Shown piece after piece: positions 9,111 through 18,097 of a stretch of 64,000 nt of DNA (positions are counted from its first letter, which is position 1; each line of letters begins with the position of its first letter). The translations under genes and the position numbers were made by a program. The stretch is taken from assembly GCA_023382875.1 (NCBI GenBank), contig JAHDXH010000003.1, forward strand, positions 7,608 to 71,607, in the 5' to 3' direction. Origin of the DNA: Patescibacteria group bacterium. GTDB lineage: Bacteria; Patescibacteriota; Microgenomatia; UBA1400; PJMF01. The notes beneath the pieces are model-generated. The model ran no database searches and was not told the origin of the DNA. It saw only the letters and a list, made by a program, of their open reading frames with translations.

Positions 9111-10874
9111 ATGCCAGATATTCCACTGCCCCAACCACAAATGCCGGTTGCGCCCAAGGCTATAACACCTCCGCCAAATATTCCTAGTGTCTCAAGTGGG
9201 ACAGCTGGTTTGCCAAAGCCCCCTGCTTTTAATGTTCCTGTTCCATCTAAACCAGAAACACCTAAAGTAGAATTACCAAAGCCAGTTGCGCCCGCTCCTT
9301 CTGTGCCTAATTCAGTAGTTCCAACTCCTGTTGCTGGAAATTTACCAAAACCAATTGCTCCAGCAGCTCCAACAACTTTACCAGCACCGCCAAAGCCACC
9401 AATGGCAACTCCTTCTGGAATGCCACCAGCTCCAACTGCTGTCAAACCAGAAAATCCCTCAACTCAGCCTGCAGGAGCAACACCACAAATGGCCAGTACT
9501 GGTAATCCATTGAAGAAATTTTTACCTATTATTATTGCAGTCATCTTGCTTTTAGTTGTTGGTGTGGGTGCTTTTGCTTTTATGAATGGTCAAAACAAAC
9601 CCACCTCTGTAAAAACCACTACTACTAATACTCCAACTAATACTACTAAAACTTCTGCTTCTCCAACTAGTGATTCTGGTAGACAAACAGTTCCAGATAA
9701 AAAGATTCAAATTACCTACTGGGGTTTGTGGGAGCTTTCAGCGACCATGGAACAAATTTTTTCTGATTTTGAGAAAGCAAATCCAGGGGTAGAGGTCATT
9801 TATCAGGTTCAATCGCATGTTGATTATCGACAAAGACTTCAAACCGCTATTGCTTCTGGCAATGGTCCGGATTTATTCAGATATCACGCTTCTTGGGTGC
9901 CAATGTTGTCGGCTGAATTAGCATCTTTGCCTAGTAAAATTATGTCTGTCAACGAGTTTCAACAGACATTTTATCCTGTAGCTGTTCAACAACTTCAGTA
10001 TGGCGGCCAAATCGTTGGTGTACCTTTGATGTATGACGGCTTAGGTCTTTATTACAACACTGAAGTTTTAAGTACTGCTGGTGTTGAACCACCTAAAACT
10101 TGGGTCGAACTTAAAAGTTTGGCTAGTCGTTTAACTATCCGTAATGGCAATGAAATTAAGAGAGCTGGTTTAGCTATTGGAAATGCTTCTACGACGGAAC
10201 ATTTTGCTGACATTATTGGTCTTCTCATGTTACAAAATGGTGCTGATCCTAAAAATTTAACTTCTAAAGAAGCTCAAGATGCGATGGTTTTTTACACCAA
10301 CTTTGTTAGTAAAGACAAGGTTTGGGATGAAAAATTACCTACTTCAACCGTCGCTTTTGCTAGAGGTGATGCCGCCATGATGTTGGCTCCAAGCTGGAGA
10401 GCTCACGAGGTGATGGCGCTGAATCCCAATCTCAAATTTGGTATTACTACTGTTCCTACTTTAGGAGAACAAAAGATTTCATGGGCTACTTATTGGGCAG
10501 AGGGTGTGAGTAATAAGAGTAAAAATCAAGAAATGGCCTGGCAGCTTATTAAGTACATGTCTTCAAAAGAAGTAATGCAAAAAATGTATGCCGAGCAAGC
10601 TAAAACCAGAGCTTTTGGTGAAATTTACTCTCGTATTGATTTGGCTGATAGTTTAGCTTCAGATCCTTATGTTGCACCATTCTTGGCCGATGCACCTTAC
10701 GCTAAGGGCTGGTATTTGAGCTCATATACTCATGATAATGGACTTAATGACAATTTGATTAAATATTATCAAGATGCGGTGAACGCCTTGGTTTTGGGCA
10801 AAAACCTAGAAACAACCATGGAAACTTTATCCTTGGGTTCACAGCAGGTTTTGCGTCAGTACAAAATTAAGTAA
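9111..10874 (+). CDS. Sugar-type extracellular solute-binding protein with Pro-rich N-terminal tail and TM anchor
   Basis: ~135-aa Pro-rich N-terminus, then a TM helix, 'ITYWGLWE', 'GNGPDLF', 'LYYNTEVL..AG..PPKTW' and 'FARGDAAM'. Confidence 0.85.
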   Translation: MPDIPLPQPQMPVAPKAITPPPNIPSVSSGTAGLPKPPAFNVPVPSKPETPKVELPKPVAPAPSVPNSVVPTPVAGNLPKPIAPAAPTTLPAPPKPPMATPSGMPPAPTAVKPENPSTQPAGATPQMASTGNPLKKFLPIIIAVILLLVVGVGAFAFMNGQNKPTSVKTTTTNTPTNTTKTSASPTSDSGRQTVPDKKIQITYWGLWELSATMEQIFSDFEKANPGVEVIYQVQSHVDYRQRLQTAIASGNGPDLFRYHASWVPMLSAELASLPSKIMSVNEFQQTFYPVAVQQLQYGGQIVGVPLMYDGLGLYYNTEVLSTAGVEPPKTWVELKSLASRLTIRNGNEIKRAGLAIGNASTTEHFADIIGLLMLQNGADPKNLTSKEAQDAMVFYTNFVSKDKVWDEKLPTSTVAFARGDAAMMLAPSWRAHEVMALNPNLKFGITTVPTLGEQKISWATYWAEGVSNKSKNQEMAWQLIKYMSSKEVMQKMYAEQAKTRAFGEIYSRIDLADSLASDPYVAPFLADAPYAKGWYLSSYTHDNGLNDNLIKYYQDAVNALVLGKNLETTMETLSLGSQQVLRQYKIK

Positions 10875-10911
10875 ATTTCACAATTAGTGAGTTTGGTCTT
10901 ACAATACCTTC

Positions 10912-11814
10912 ATGACTAAACTAGATCTCAAAGGATCTGTCTTATTGTCCATTGCTTACTCTGGAATTTTTTCGTTCCCCTTAACATTTTGGGAAGTCTA
11001 TAAAAGGTTGTTGTTTTTTTCTGACGTGAGTGCACAGGAATTGGCCAAAGCATTAAAAACACTAGTACAGTTGAAACAAATCGAATTTTACCAAGATCAT
11101 TTTTTTATAGGAAAAAAAGATTTAGTTGAAGAGCGAAGACGGAAATTAAAAATTTCTGAGCAGAAAATCAAAGAAGGGGAAAGATTAGTTTCTTTGGTTA
11201 GGTATTTGCCTTGGGTGAAGGCGATGGTTGTCTCTGGATCAATTGCTGTAAATAATGCCAAGTCAAAAGACGACTTAGATTGGTTGGTTATTACTTCAGA
11301 TAATTCTTTGTGGTTGGTAAGACCACTACTATTAATTTTGGCGAGTTTTTATGGCAAGCGTCGCGATCGAAACGGCGATCATCGAGATAATAGTTGGTGT
11401 TTCAATATGTTTTTGACCGAGTCTAGTTTGGCGATGCCTGTCAATAAAAAATCAATTTATACTGCCTACGAAGTTTGTCAGGCTAGATTTTTATTAGCTA
11501 AAGGCTCAGTAGAAAAAGATTTTTTGGTTGGTAATTCTTGGGTCGAGGGTTTTGTGCCCAATTTTTATCAAGCTAGATTGAATGAGGCTGGGAGCTTTGT
11601 GACCCGTGAGGTCGCAAAACAAAAAAGTCTCAATTTGCTTAGTTATATTAATGAATTAAGTTATAAAATCCAACTTTGGTATATGAAACCACATATCACC
11701 AGAGAAAAAGTTGCTTTAAATTTGGCTTTTTTTCACCCCAGAGATACAAAGAAAAATATTTATATTAGGTGGCTAAAATTAATAAACTTACCATATGTCA
11801 AATCGAGAAATTGA
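10912..11814 (+). CDS. Putative Pol-beta-superfamily nucleotidyltransferase-domain protein
   Basis: 'VSGSIA......DDLD' (GS..DxD) motif preceded by a helical N-terminal domain. Confidence 0.6.
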   Translation: MTKLDLKGSVLLSIAYSGIFSFPLTFWEVYKRLLFFSDVSAQELAKALKTLVQLKQIEFYQDHFFIGKKDLVEERRRKLKISEQKIKEGERLVSLVRYLPWVKAMVVSGSIAVNNAKSKDDLDWLVITSDNSLWLVRPLLLILASFYGKRRDRNGDHRDNSWCFNMFLTESSLAMPVNKKSIYTAYEVCQARFLLAKGSVEKDFLVGNSWVEGFVPNFYQARLNEAGSFVTREVAKQKSLNLLSYINELSYKIQLWYMKPHITREKVALNLAFFHPRDTKKNIYIRWLKLINLPYVKSRN

Positions 11815-12703
11815 AAAATATCGAGGCTTTTCTGAGTGGTTTTTGAAAATGTTTGCCATCGAAGTTGTTGTTTTGGGACAAGAAAACTGGGATGGATTAG
11901 CTGAAGATGCTCATAATGAGGGTGTGATGCCTGTTTTGGCAGGTATGACTCATAAAGATTATGTTGATGGTCCCGTTTTATGGTCGGCTCTAAGTGATGA
12001 GGAAATTATGCTTAGAGTGGTAGTGATGAGGGAAGGATTTAGCGGTGGATTTAAAGAAATCAGGAACGTTGTTTCCAATAAAGTCGCGCCTTCATTGCAG
12101 CTTTCAAGAAATGGAACTGGTCTGGAAGAACTGAAATCAATCCAAGCTCAAGGTGAAAAAGACAGTGCAGTAGCATTATTTTTATCTGGAAACAGAAAAT
12201 TAACTAGTCCATTGAAAGGTGGGATTACCTCAATTATGAGAGGCCAAGATCAAATGTATCCTTTTGTTAACTTGGCTGACCACTCTCCGGTGTTTTTGTC
12301 AGAATCAACAATGTGGCAAAATACCAAACAGCTGGTGAACAGAGCGGTTTTAAACCGAGTCAATTCTCATGAATTTTTATACTTGATGAAGCCTCTCTTT
12401 AGACAAGACATTGATGAATTGGCCGAAGGTAAAAAAGGCAAGGTCGGCCGTGAAGAAATCTTGCAAAAACTTGAAGTAATTCGTGCTTATGGTATTTTAA
12501 AAACCTTTATTGAAGTAGCTAAAACTGGCCTAGCAGCCTGTAACCCATTGCTTCACAATCCAGATAATTTACCTTTGTTGATAAAATCGCAGCAAGTAAT
12601 TTTTTCTGATGCAAAGCGTGTGGAGTGGTTATTAGCTCATGGTTATTTTAATGAAAGTGATTTGAAAATAATGCTTGCCTTGGCTTTTGGTACCACAAAT
12701 TAG
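11795..12703 (+). CDS. Divergent PlsC-like (LPLAT) acyltransferase
   Basis: HxxxxD motif 'THKDYVD'; 'LFLSGNR' sits where FPEGTR is expected; overlaps the upstream gene. Confidence 0.5.
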   Translation: MSNREIEKYRGFSEWFLKMFAIEVVVLGQENWDGLAEDAHNEGVMPVLAGMTHKDYVDGPVLWSALSDEEIMLRVVVMREGFSGGFKEIRNVVSNKVAPSLQLSRNGTGLEELKSIQAQGEKDSAVALFLSGNRKLTSPLKGGITSIMRGQDQMYPFVNLADHSPVFLSESTMWQNTKQLVNRAVLNRVNSHEFLYLMKPLFRQDIDELAEGKKGKVGREEILQKLEVIRAYGILKTFIEVAKTGLAACNPLLHNPDNLPLLIKSQQVIFSDAKRVEWLLAHGYFNESDLKIMLALAFGTTN

Positions 12704-12710
12704 GGTAAAT

Positions 12711-13133
12711 ATGGATAAAAAAACTGTTTTAGTCACCGGTGTTTTTGACTTACTCCACGAAGAGCATCTGAATTTTTTGAAAAAAGCTAAGAAATTAGGA
12801 AATAGACTAGTCATCGGTATAGAAAGTGATAAAAGAGTTAAGGAAATCAAAGGTATATCGAGACCAGTTTTGTCTGAGCAAATTCGAAAGAAAAACTTAG
12901 AAAAGCTTTTATTGGCAGATGAAGTTTTCATTTTGCCCGAACAATTTAATAAGCCAGAAGATCATCTTAATTTGATCAAAAAAGTTGGAGCTAAGATTTT
13001 GGCCGTTTCATCTCATACTGCCCATCTTGATAAAAAACAGCAGATTATGGAAAAAGTTGGAGGCAATGTCGTTGTTGTTCATGAACATAATCCTCGTGTT
13101 TCTACCTCAATTTTGCTAGAAAAAGGTCGCTAA
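12711..13133 (+). CDS. Cytidylyl/adenylyltransferase (TagD/RibL/RfaE-II family)
   Basis: 'VTGVFDLLHEEH' (HxGH variant), 'GIESD', 'KGISRP' and 'STS'; ATG at 12711. Confidence 0.85.
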   Translation: MDKKTVLVTGVFDLLHEEHLNFLKKAKKLGNRLVIGIESDKRVKEIKGISRPVLSEQIRKKNLEKLLLADEVFILPEQFNKPEDHLNLIKKVGAKILAVSSHTAHLDKKQQIMEKVGGNVVVVHEHNPRVSTSILLEKGR

Positions 13134-13184
13134 ATCTGTAAAACGTTCTAGAATTGTTGTAGGCGTTTTTGCTATCATGTGCTC

Positions 13185-14273
13185 ATGAATAAGCTAAAAA
13201 TAGAGTCAGGTTTTTTGTATGGCGAGAAACTGATTGCACTCTTTGATTTTTGTAAAGCCAATAATTGTGCTATTCCTGCAGTGAATGTTTCTTCATCTAA
13301 TACGATTAATGCCGCTTTGAGTGCGGCTGCGCAGGCAAAGTCACCAATAATTATTCAATTGTCACATTCGGGGTCAGCCTTTTTTGCCGGTAAATCGCTA
13401 GACAACAGTCAGCATCAAGCAAGTGTTTTAGGCGCTGCTTCTGTCGCCATGTATGTAAAGGCTTTGGCTGCAGCTTATGGTGTAGCTGTAATTATTCATT
13501 CCGATCATTGTCCAAAGAAAAAACTTGCTTGGGTGGATGGAATGTTAGAAATCGGAGAAGAGTATTATGCAGATTACGGTGAACCACTTTTCAGTTCTCA
13601 TATGCTTGATTTATCTGAAGAAACCGTAGATGACAACATTAAAATTAGTGCGAGATATTTGAGAAGGATGTCGGAGCTTGAAATGTTGTTGGAAATTGAA
13701 ATTGGTCTAACTGGTGGAGAAGAGGATGGTTTGAATAATGAAAACGCTGAGTTGACTAAGCTTTATTCAAAACCTGAAGATGTTTCGCGAGCTTATGAAA
13801 GATTAAATAATATTGGCAATGTTAATATTGCTGCTTCTTTTGGTAATGTTCACGGTGTTTATCAAGCCAAATCAGTTAAGTTAAAGCCAGAAATTTTGCG
13901 CGATTGTCAGAGTTTGGTATCACAAAAAATCGAAAAAAAAGATAAAAATGGTAAACCGCTTAACCTGGTTTTTCATGGTGGTTCCGGTTCCGACCCCCTC
14001 AAAATTAAAGAATCATTAAAGTATGGCGTAGTTAAGTTTAATATTGATACCGACACTCAGTGGGCTTTTGCTAGTCCGATCAAAAAATATATGGACAAGA
14101 ATGATCAGTTTTTGCATAGCCAGGTGGGAAATAAAAAAGACAAATCAGCACCTAATAAAAAATACATCGATCCCAGAGTTTGGCTATCGGAAGGTGAGAA
14201 TGGGATGACAGCTAAATTGGTCGAGATGTTTGAGCTTTTAAATTGCAAAAATAAATTCGAAATACTCGACTAA
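13185..14273 (+). CDS. fbaA: Class II fructose-bisphosphate aldolase (type A)
   Basis: 'PAVNV', 'HSDHC', 'FSSHMLDLSEE', 'GGEEDG', 'FGNVHGVY' and 'VFHGGSGS'. ATG 13185 lies 6 nt after an extended -10. Confidence 0.95.
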   Translation: MNKLKIESGFLYGEKLIALFDFCKANNCAIPAVNVSSSNTINAALSAAAQAKSPIIIQLSHSGSAFFAGKSLDNSQHQASVLGAASVAMYVKALAAAYGVAVIIHSDHCPKKKLAWVDGMLEIGEEYYADYGEPLFSSHMLDLSEETVDDNIKISARYLRRMSELEMLLEIEIGLTGGEEDGLNNENAELTKLYSKPEDVSRAYERLNNIGNVNIAASFGNVHGVYQAKSVKLKPEILRDCQSLVSQKIEKKDKNGKPLNLVFHGGSGSDPLKIKESLKYGVVKFNIDTDTQWAFASPIKKYMDKNDQFLHSQVGNKKDKSAPNKKYIDPRVWLSEGENGMTAKLVEMFELLNCKNKFEILD

Positions 14274-14330
14274 ATAGCGCTTAAGTGTGGTATACTCACA
14301 CCCATTCTCAAAGAAAGGGATTTTATTAAT

Positions 14331-15464
14331 ATGGCCGACAAGCAAAATGTTGACACAAAAGAAGTAAAGGCTACTTCATTCCAGACTATGGATGAATTAC
14401 TCGCCTCATTAGGAGACACCATCGTGGTTCCTAAAAAAGGACAAGTAGTCAAAGGAAAAATCACTGGTATTGATAAGAAATCAATGACTGTAGATATCGG
14501 AGCCAAAACTGAAGGTTTGGTGATCGAAAAAGAATTTGACGTTGCTCAAGATTACATTAAAGAACTTAAAGTTGGTGAAGAAATTGAAGCTGTGGTTTTA
14601 ACCCCAGAAAACAATCGTGGCCAAATTTTGATTTCACTCAAAAAAGCTGCTGTTGATTCCAAATGGGAATACTTCGAAGATGCTATGGCTAACCAAACTA
14701 TTTTGGAAGTCAAAGGTATTGAGATTAACAAGGGCGGTTTAATTGTTGAGTGCGGTACTATGAGAGGTTTTGTTCCATCTAGCCAATTCGGCAAACAATT
14801 CATGGGCAAGATTAAAAATCTCAAAGGCAAATCAATCTCTGTTTTACCAATTGAAGTAGATAAAGAAAAGAATCGTTTAATTTTCTCAGAACGACATGTT
14901 AGTGAAGCTAAAGAATTAGCTCAGCGCGATGAAGCTTTAGAAAGCGTCAAAGCAGGCACCAACTACGAAGGTGTAGTCTCTGGTGTTATGCCATTTGGTC
15001 TTTTTGTGACTGTCGAAGTTCCTGTTGATGGTAAAGAAGGCGAATTTGGCCATGTTGAAGGTTTAATTCACATCAGTGAAATCTCATGGGAAAAAGTTAA
15101 CAATCCTAAGGATTACCACAAAGTTGGTGACAGAGTTCAAGTTAAAGTTTTAGGTATTGATGAAAAAACCGGCAAACTCAACTTATCTCTTAAACAAATG
15201 AGTGACGATCCATGGGAAAAAATTGAAGAAAGCTACTCAGTTGGCACTACCTTCACTGGTACTGTTTCCAGAGTTGAACCATTTGGAGTTTTCGTTAACG
15301 TCGAGGCTGGTGTTGATGGCTTAATTCATGCTAGTAAACTTACACCAGATCAAACTTTCAAGAAGGGTGATGAGGTTACCGTATCTGTCGAAAGTGTCGA
15401 ACCAAAACAGAGACGTATGAGCTTGAGTGTTGTAACCACCACTGTTCCTGAAAATTACAAATAA
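14331..15464 (+). CDS. rpsA: 30S ribosomal protein S1 (4 S1 domains)
   Basis: Repeated S1 motifs 'VDIGAKTEG', 'GFVPSSQ', 'GLIHISEISW' and 'DGLIHAS'. Confidence 0.93.
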   Translation: MADKQNVDTKEVKATSFQTMDELLASLGDTIVVPKKGQVVKGKITGIDKKSMTVDIGAKTEGLVIEKEFDVAQDYIKELKVGEEIEAVVLTPENNRGQILISLKKAAVDSKWEYFEDAMANQTILEVKGIEINKGGLIVECGTMRGFVPSSQFGKQFMGKIKNLKGKSISVLPIEVDKEKNRLIFSERHVSEAKELAQRDEALESVKAGTNYEGVVSGVMPFGLFVTVEVPVDGKEGEFGHVEGLIHISEISWEKVNNPKDYHKVGDRVQVKVLGIDEKTGKLNLSLKQMSDDPWEKIEESYSVGTTFTGTVSRVEPFGVFVNVEAGVDGLIHASKLTPDQTFKKGDEVTVSVESVEPKQRRMSLSVVTTTVPENYK

Positions 15465-15476
15465 AAGGACAAAAAT

Positions 15477-15638
15477 ATGGCAAAACAACGCATGATCGTT
15501 ACCGATGACCAATTGTTGATCGATATGGAATTGCTTTTCAATGCCATTCGTGAAGCAGAAGGTAATTGGGAAAAAGTTGAACAGGACATGCAAATGTACT
15601 TAAAAACTGTTCAATCAATGACCAGTAAAGAAGAATAA
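15477..15638 (+). CDS. Small 53-aa hypothetical protein (not in ORF track)
   Basis: MAKQRMIVTDDQLLIDMELLFNAIREAEGNWEKVEQDMQMYLKTVQSMTSKEE*; AAGGA SD; starts 12 nt after the rpsA stop and ends before a terminator-like hairpin. Confidence 0.7.
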   Translation: MAKQRMIVTDDQLLIDMELLFNAIREAEGNWEKVEQDMQMYLKTVQSMTSKEE

Positions 15639-15646
15639 GTTTTAAC

Positions 15647-15708
15647 AAAATACTCTTAGTTTGGTTGTGTTTATTCACTTAAACCAATTCAAATTAAGAG
15701 TATTTTTT
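15647..15708 (+). terminator. Hairpin/terminator after rpsA and the small ORF
   Basis: AAAATACTCTTA ... TAAGAGTATTTT inverted repeat with a T tail. Confidence 0.6.
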
Positions 15709-15766
15709 GTATCTAAACTTCAAAAAAAGACGGGTATATGATATAATACTCGAGAAGGAATTGAAT

Positions 15767-16372
15767 ATGTCATACGTTATTACATGTGGAGATGAAGGTG
15801 TTCAAATCAATGAAGGCCAACGTTTAGGTGTCGTGGGTGCTGGTTTTAGATTGGAAAATTTCTCTTTAATTGTCAAAGCTTTAAAAAAATTATTAGGTGA
15901 TGATATTAGAATCGCTGCTAACGAAGAAAACGCTTGGATTAAAGAAAAGCTTGACCTTTCTACCTGGGAACAGGCTAATGCTAGCTCACAACAATACTTA
16001 GAAGCTTTGGCTGACAAAGAAGGTTTGCTTTATGCTGGTATCTTGCCTTTTGCTGATCCTCAAGATTTAAATCACGGCATTAAAGGTCATATGGTCAGAC
16101 CACCTAAGATTCACATTGCCACTAAAATTGCCTTGACCTTGGCTGGTGGCGAACAAACTTTCCATCTTGGTCAAAACATTATTTCTGCCGAATGGGTTCA
16201 TCTAGTTGATCCTAAAATTGCCAAACAACTTCTCGAAGATCAAATTAACTTTTACCAAAAATTAGCTGGAGACACTAAGCTTGAATTAGTTTTGGTGGAA
16301 GAAGGCGAATTAGGTGAAGAAATTGCTGCAAAAAATCGAGCCGCTCTAGAAAAGATTGGTTTTGGGGGCTAG
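15767..16372 (+). CDS. Hypothetical protein, possibly a degenerate carbonic-anhydrase-fold (CdCA1-like) protein
   Basis: N-terminal 'TCGDEG' (CxD) then 'GAG'; later 'HIATKIAL' echoes the H.E..V motif; lacks the His/GCG ligands. ATG 15767 follows AAGGA. Confidence 0.4.
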   Translation: MSYVITCGDEGVQINEGQRLGVVGAGFRLENFSLIVKALKKLLGDDIRIAANEENAWIKEKLDLSTWEQANASSQQYLEALADKEGLLYAGILPFADPQDLNHGIKGHMVRPPKIHIATKIALTLAGGEQTFHLGQNIISAEWVHLVDPKIAKQLLEDQINFYQKLAGDTKLELVLVEEGELGEEIAAKNRAALEKIGFGG

Positions 16373-16417
16373 ATTCTTCAGTTATCAAATACTAAAATAC
16401 GCCATAGAAAGATAACT

Positions 16418-17119
16418 ATGGCAAAAAATTTCGTTCCTCAAAACAGTCAGTATCCTCGTTGTGTTGATGGCCGTGTGGCCGCTGCTTTTGTCGAGTGGGA
16501 TGGTGTTCAGTGGCGTGTTAGTAAAAAAGGTGAAGCAGCCGCTAAAGAAGTTGGTCCTCAATTTTTGGGCGCTTCATTATTATTTGTCAAAGTTTTGGAA
16601 GAATTAGCTGGTAAATCTAGACAAGATGCGATGAGAATGGTCGAACAAGCTAGCGAGAGGCTAGGTTGGGGTTTGCAGATTCATATCGATAACCATCATG
16701 GAGAAATTGACGTCGAGTCCTTATCTGAAGCTGAGGTTGTGGAATTTGCTACATCTCACCATGTGGGTTGTGGTTTTGCTAAGTACGCGTGGGGTGAAGC
16801 AGGGGATGAGCTGATTGCTGCTGCCAAAGAAAGACATTGGCGCATCCAAGTTTTGGATGGTCACCATGAGGAAAAAGGGGCGGTGATTAACTATCGTCTA
16901 AACTATACTTTCAACACTGCTATGGGTGTTTTCGAACAACAATCTCGCTTCAATACTGATTATTCTGATGCTGAAAAAATGTTTGGCGTATTAGGTGAAA
17001 TGCTGAAAGACTCTAGTTTTGCAGATAAAGCTTTGTCTTGGATGGTTGAAACATACAGGGCAGTCGTTGTTGCACTTAAGGGCGTAGAAACTCCAGACCA
17101 AATAGAAATTAATGAATAA
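16418..17119 (+). CDS. Zeta/CdCA1-type (cadmium/zinc) carbonic anhydrase-like protein 1
   Basis: 'RCVDGR', 'GPQFLGA', 'IHID', 'GCGF', 'LDGHHEEKGAVIN' and 'RFNTD' occur in CdCA1-repeat order. Confidence 0.75.
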   Translation: MAKNFVPQNSQYPRCVDGRVAAAFVEWDGVQWRVSKKGEAAAKEVGPQFLGASLLFVKVLEELAGKSRQDAMRMVEQASERLGWGLQIHIDNHHGEIDVESLSEAEVVEFATSHHVGCGFAKYAWGEAGDELIAAAKERHWRIQVLDGHHEEKGAVINYRLNYTFNTAMGVFEQQSRFNTDYSDAEKMFGVLGEMLKDSSFADKALSWMVETYRAVVVALKGVETPDQIEINE

Positions 17120-17137
17120 TTATTTATAGAAATATCT

Positions 17138-17971
17138 ATGACAGATTCAGCACAAGCCGAACTAGAAAAATCACAAGAAGTTGAAAATCAACGCCTTGAA
17201 GCACAAAAACACGCTCAGAAAATGAGAGTGCCTGTTGATAATAGTAAGAGTAAGTGTGTTGACGGTGGATATCAGGAAGATCAAGAAGTTGGTGCGATGG
17301 CCATTCCAGGAGGTGACTTAGGTGTTTCTATGGCATTACTTAGAGTTGGTTATTCTCCTGCAGAAGCTTTTTCTTTGGTAAAGAACTTTGTCGTCGACCG
17401 TGGTGGAAAATATAGTTGGCACTCTGACACTCATGCCGAACCAAGTGGGCACGATGAACATGAAGATCATGACCATGAACACCATCATGATAAACCAGTA
17501 GTTGGTTGTGGTCATTGCAACGCTGCTATTTCTCAAGCTGAACAATACGGGGTTAAATCTGAAGATGTTTCTACATTACTTTCAACAATTAGAAACGAAC
17601 AAGATAATATGAACTTGGTAGTTTTAGACAGAGAACATGAAGAAAAAGCTATCTTAGTGGTTACAAGTAGTGATTTTACTGTCAAACCTTGGGATCAAGA
17701 AGACAATAATCAATATTTCATTTATGATGCCAATAGACATCAACAATTTTTGAAAGAATTTGTGGCTGAGTTGGCTAAAAATGGAAAAAACCAAGTCAAC
17801 GGTCAAGAAGTTACATTCGATAGTTTGTGGGCAGCTTCTCAGGAGCAAACTAATGCTACTTTAGGTTTATTGAAATCTAGTAAAGGTAAGCCAATGTTTA
17901 CAGTAGACGTGAGTAGCGAAATCCCAGAGGTTAAATTGGCTGGATTTGCTCCAGTGATTGAGGCACACTAA
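17138..17971 (+). CDS. Zeta/CdCA1-type carbonic anhydrase-like protein 2 with His-rich insert
   Basis: 'KCVDGG', 'IPGGDLG', 'WHSD', His/Asp/Glu-rich loop, 'GCGH', 'HEEKAILVV' and 'FIYD'. Confidence 0.7.
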   Translation: MTDSAQAELEKSQEVENQRLEAQKHAQKMRVPVDNSKSKCVDGGYQEDQEVGAMAIPGGDLGVSMALLRVGYSPAEAFSLVKNFVVDRGGKYSWHSDTHAEPSGHDEHEDHDHEHHHDKPVVGCGHCNAAISQAEQYGVKSEDVSTLLSTIRNEQDNMNLVVLDREHEEKAILVVTSSDFTVKPWDQEDNNQYFIYDANRHQQFLKEFVAELAKNGKNQVNGQEVTFDSLWAASQEQTNATLGLLKSSKGKPMFTVDVSSEIPEVKLAGFAPVIEAH

Positions 17972-18097
17972 GTCTCAGGCTTGAATTTTAAACTAATTAT
18001 CCTATAATTATCGCGTCAATTGACGCACCTTAACATTTCCAACTCAATGGTTGTTGTTTTGGTGCCTAGAGTTCACATAGAGAAAGGTTTGTGTGAA

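Noticed and set aside
9038-9513. Gly-rich antisense ORF and Gln-rich alternative-frame ORF
   Set aside because: Both are by-products of the CCA/CCT-rich Pro tract of the solute-binding protein.
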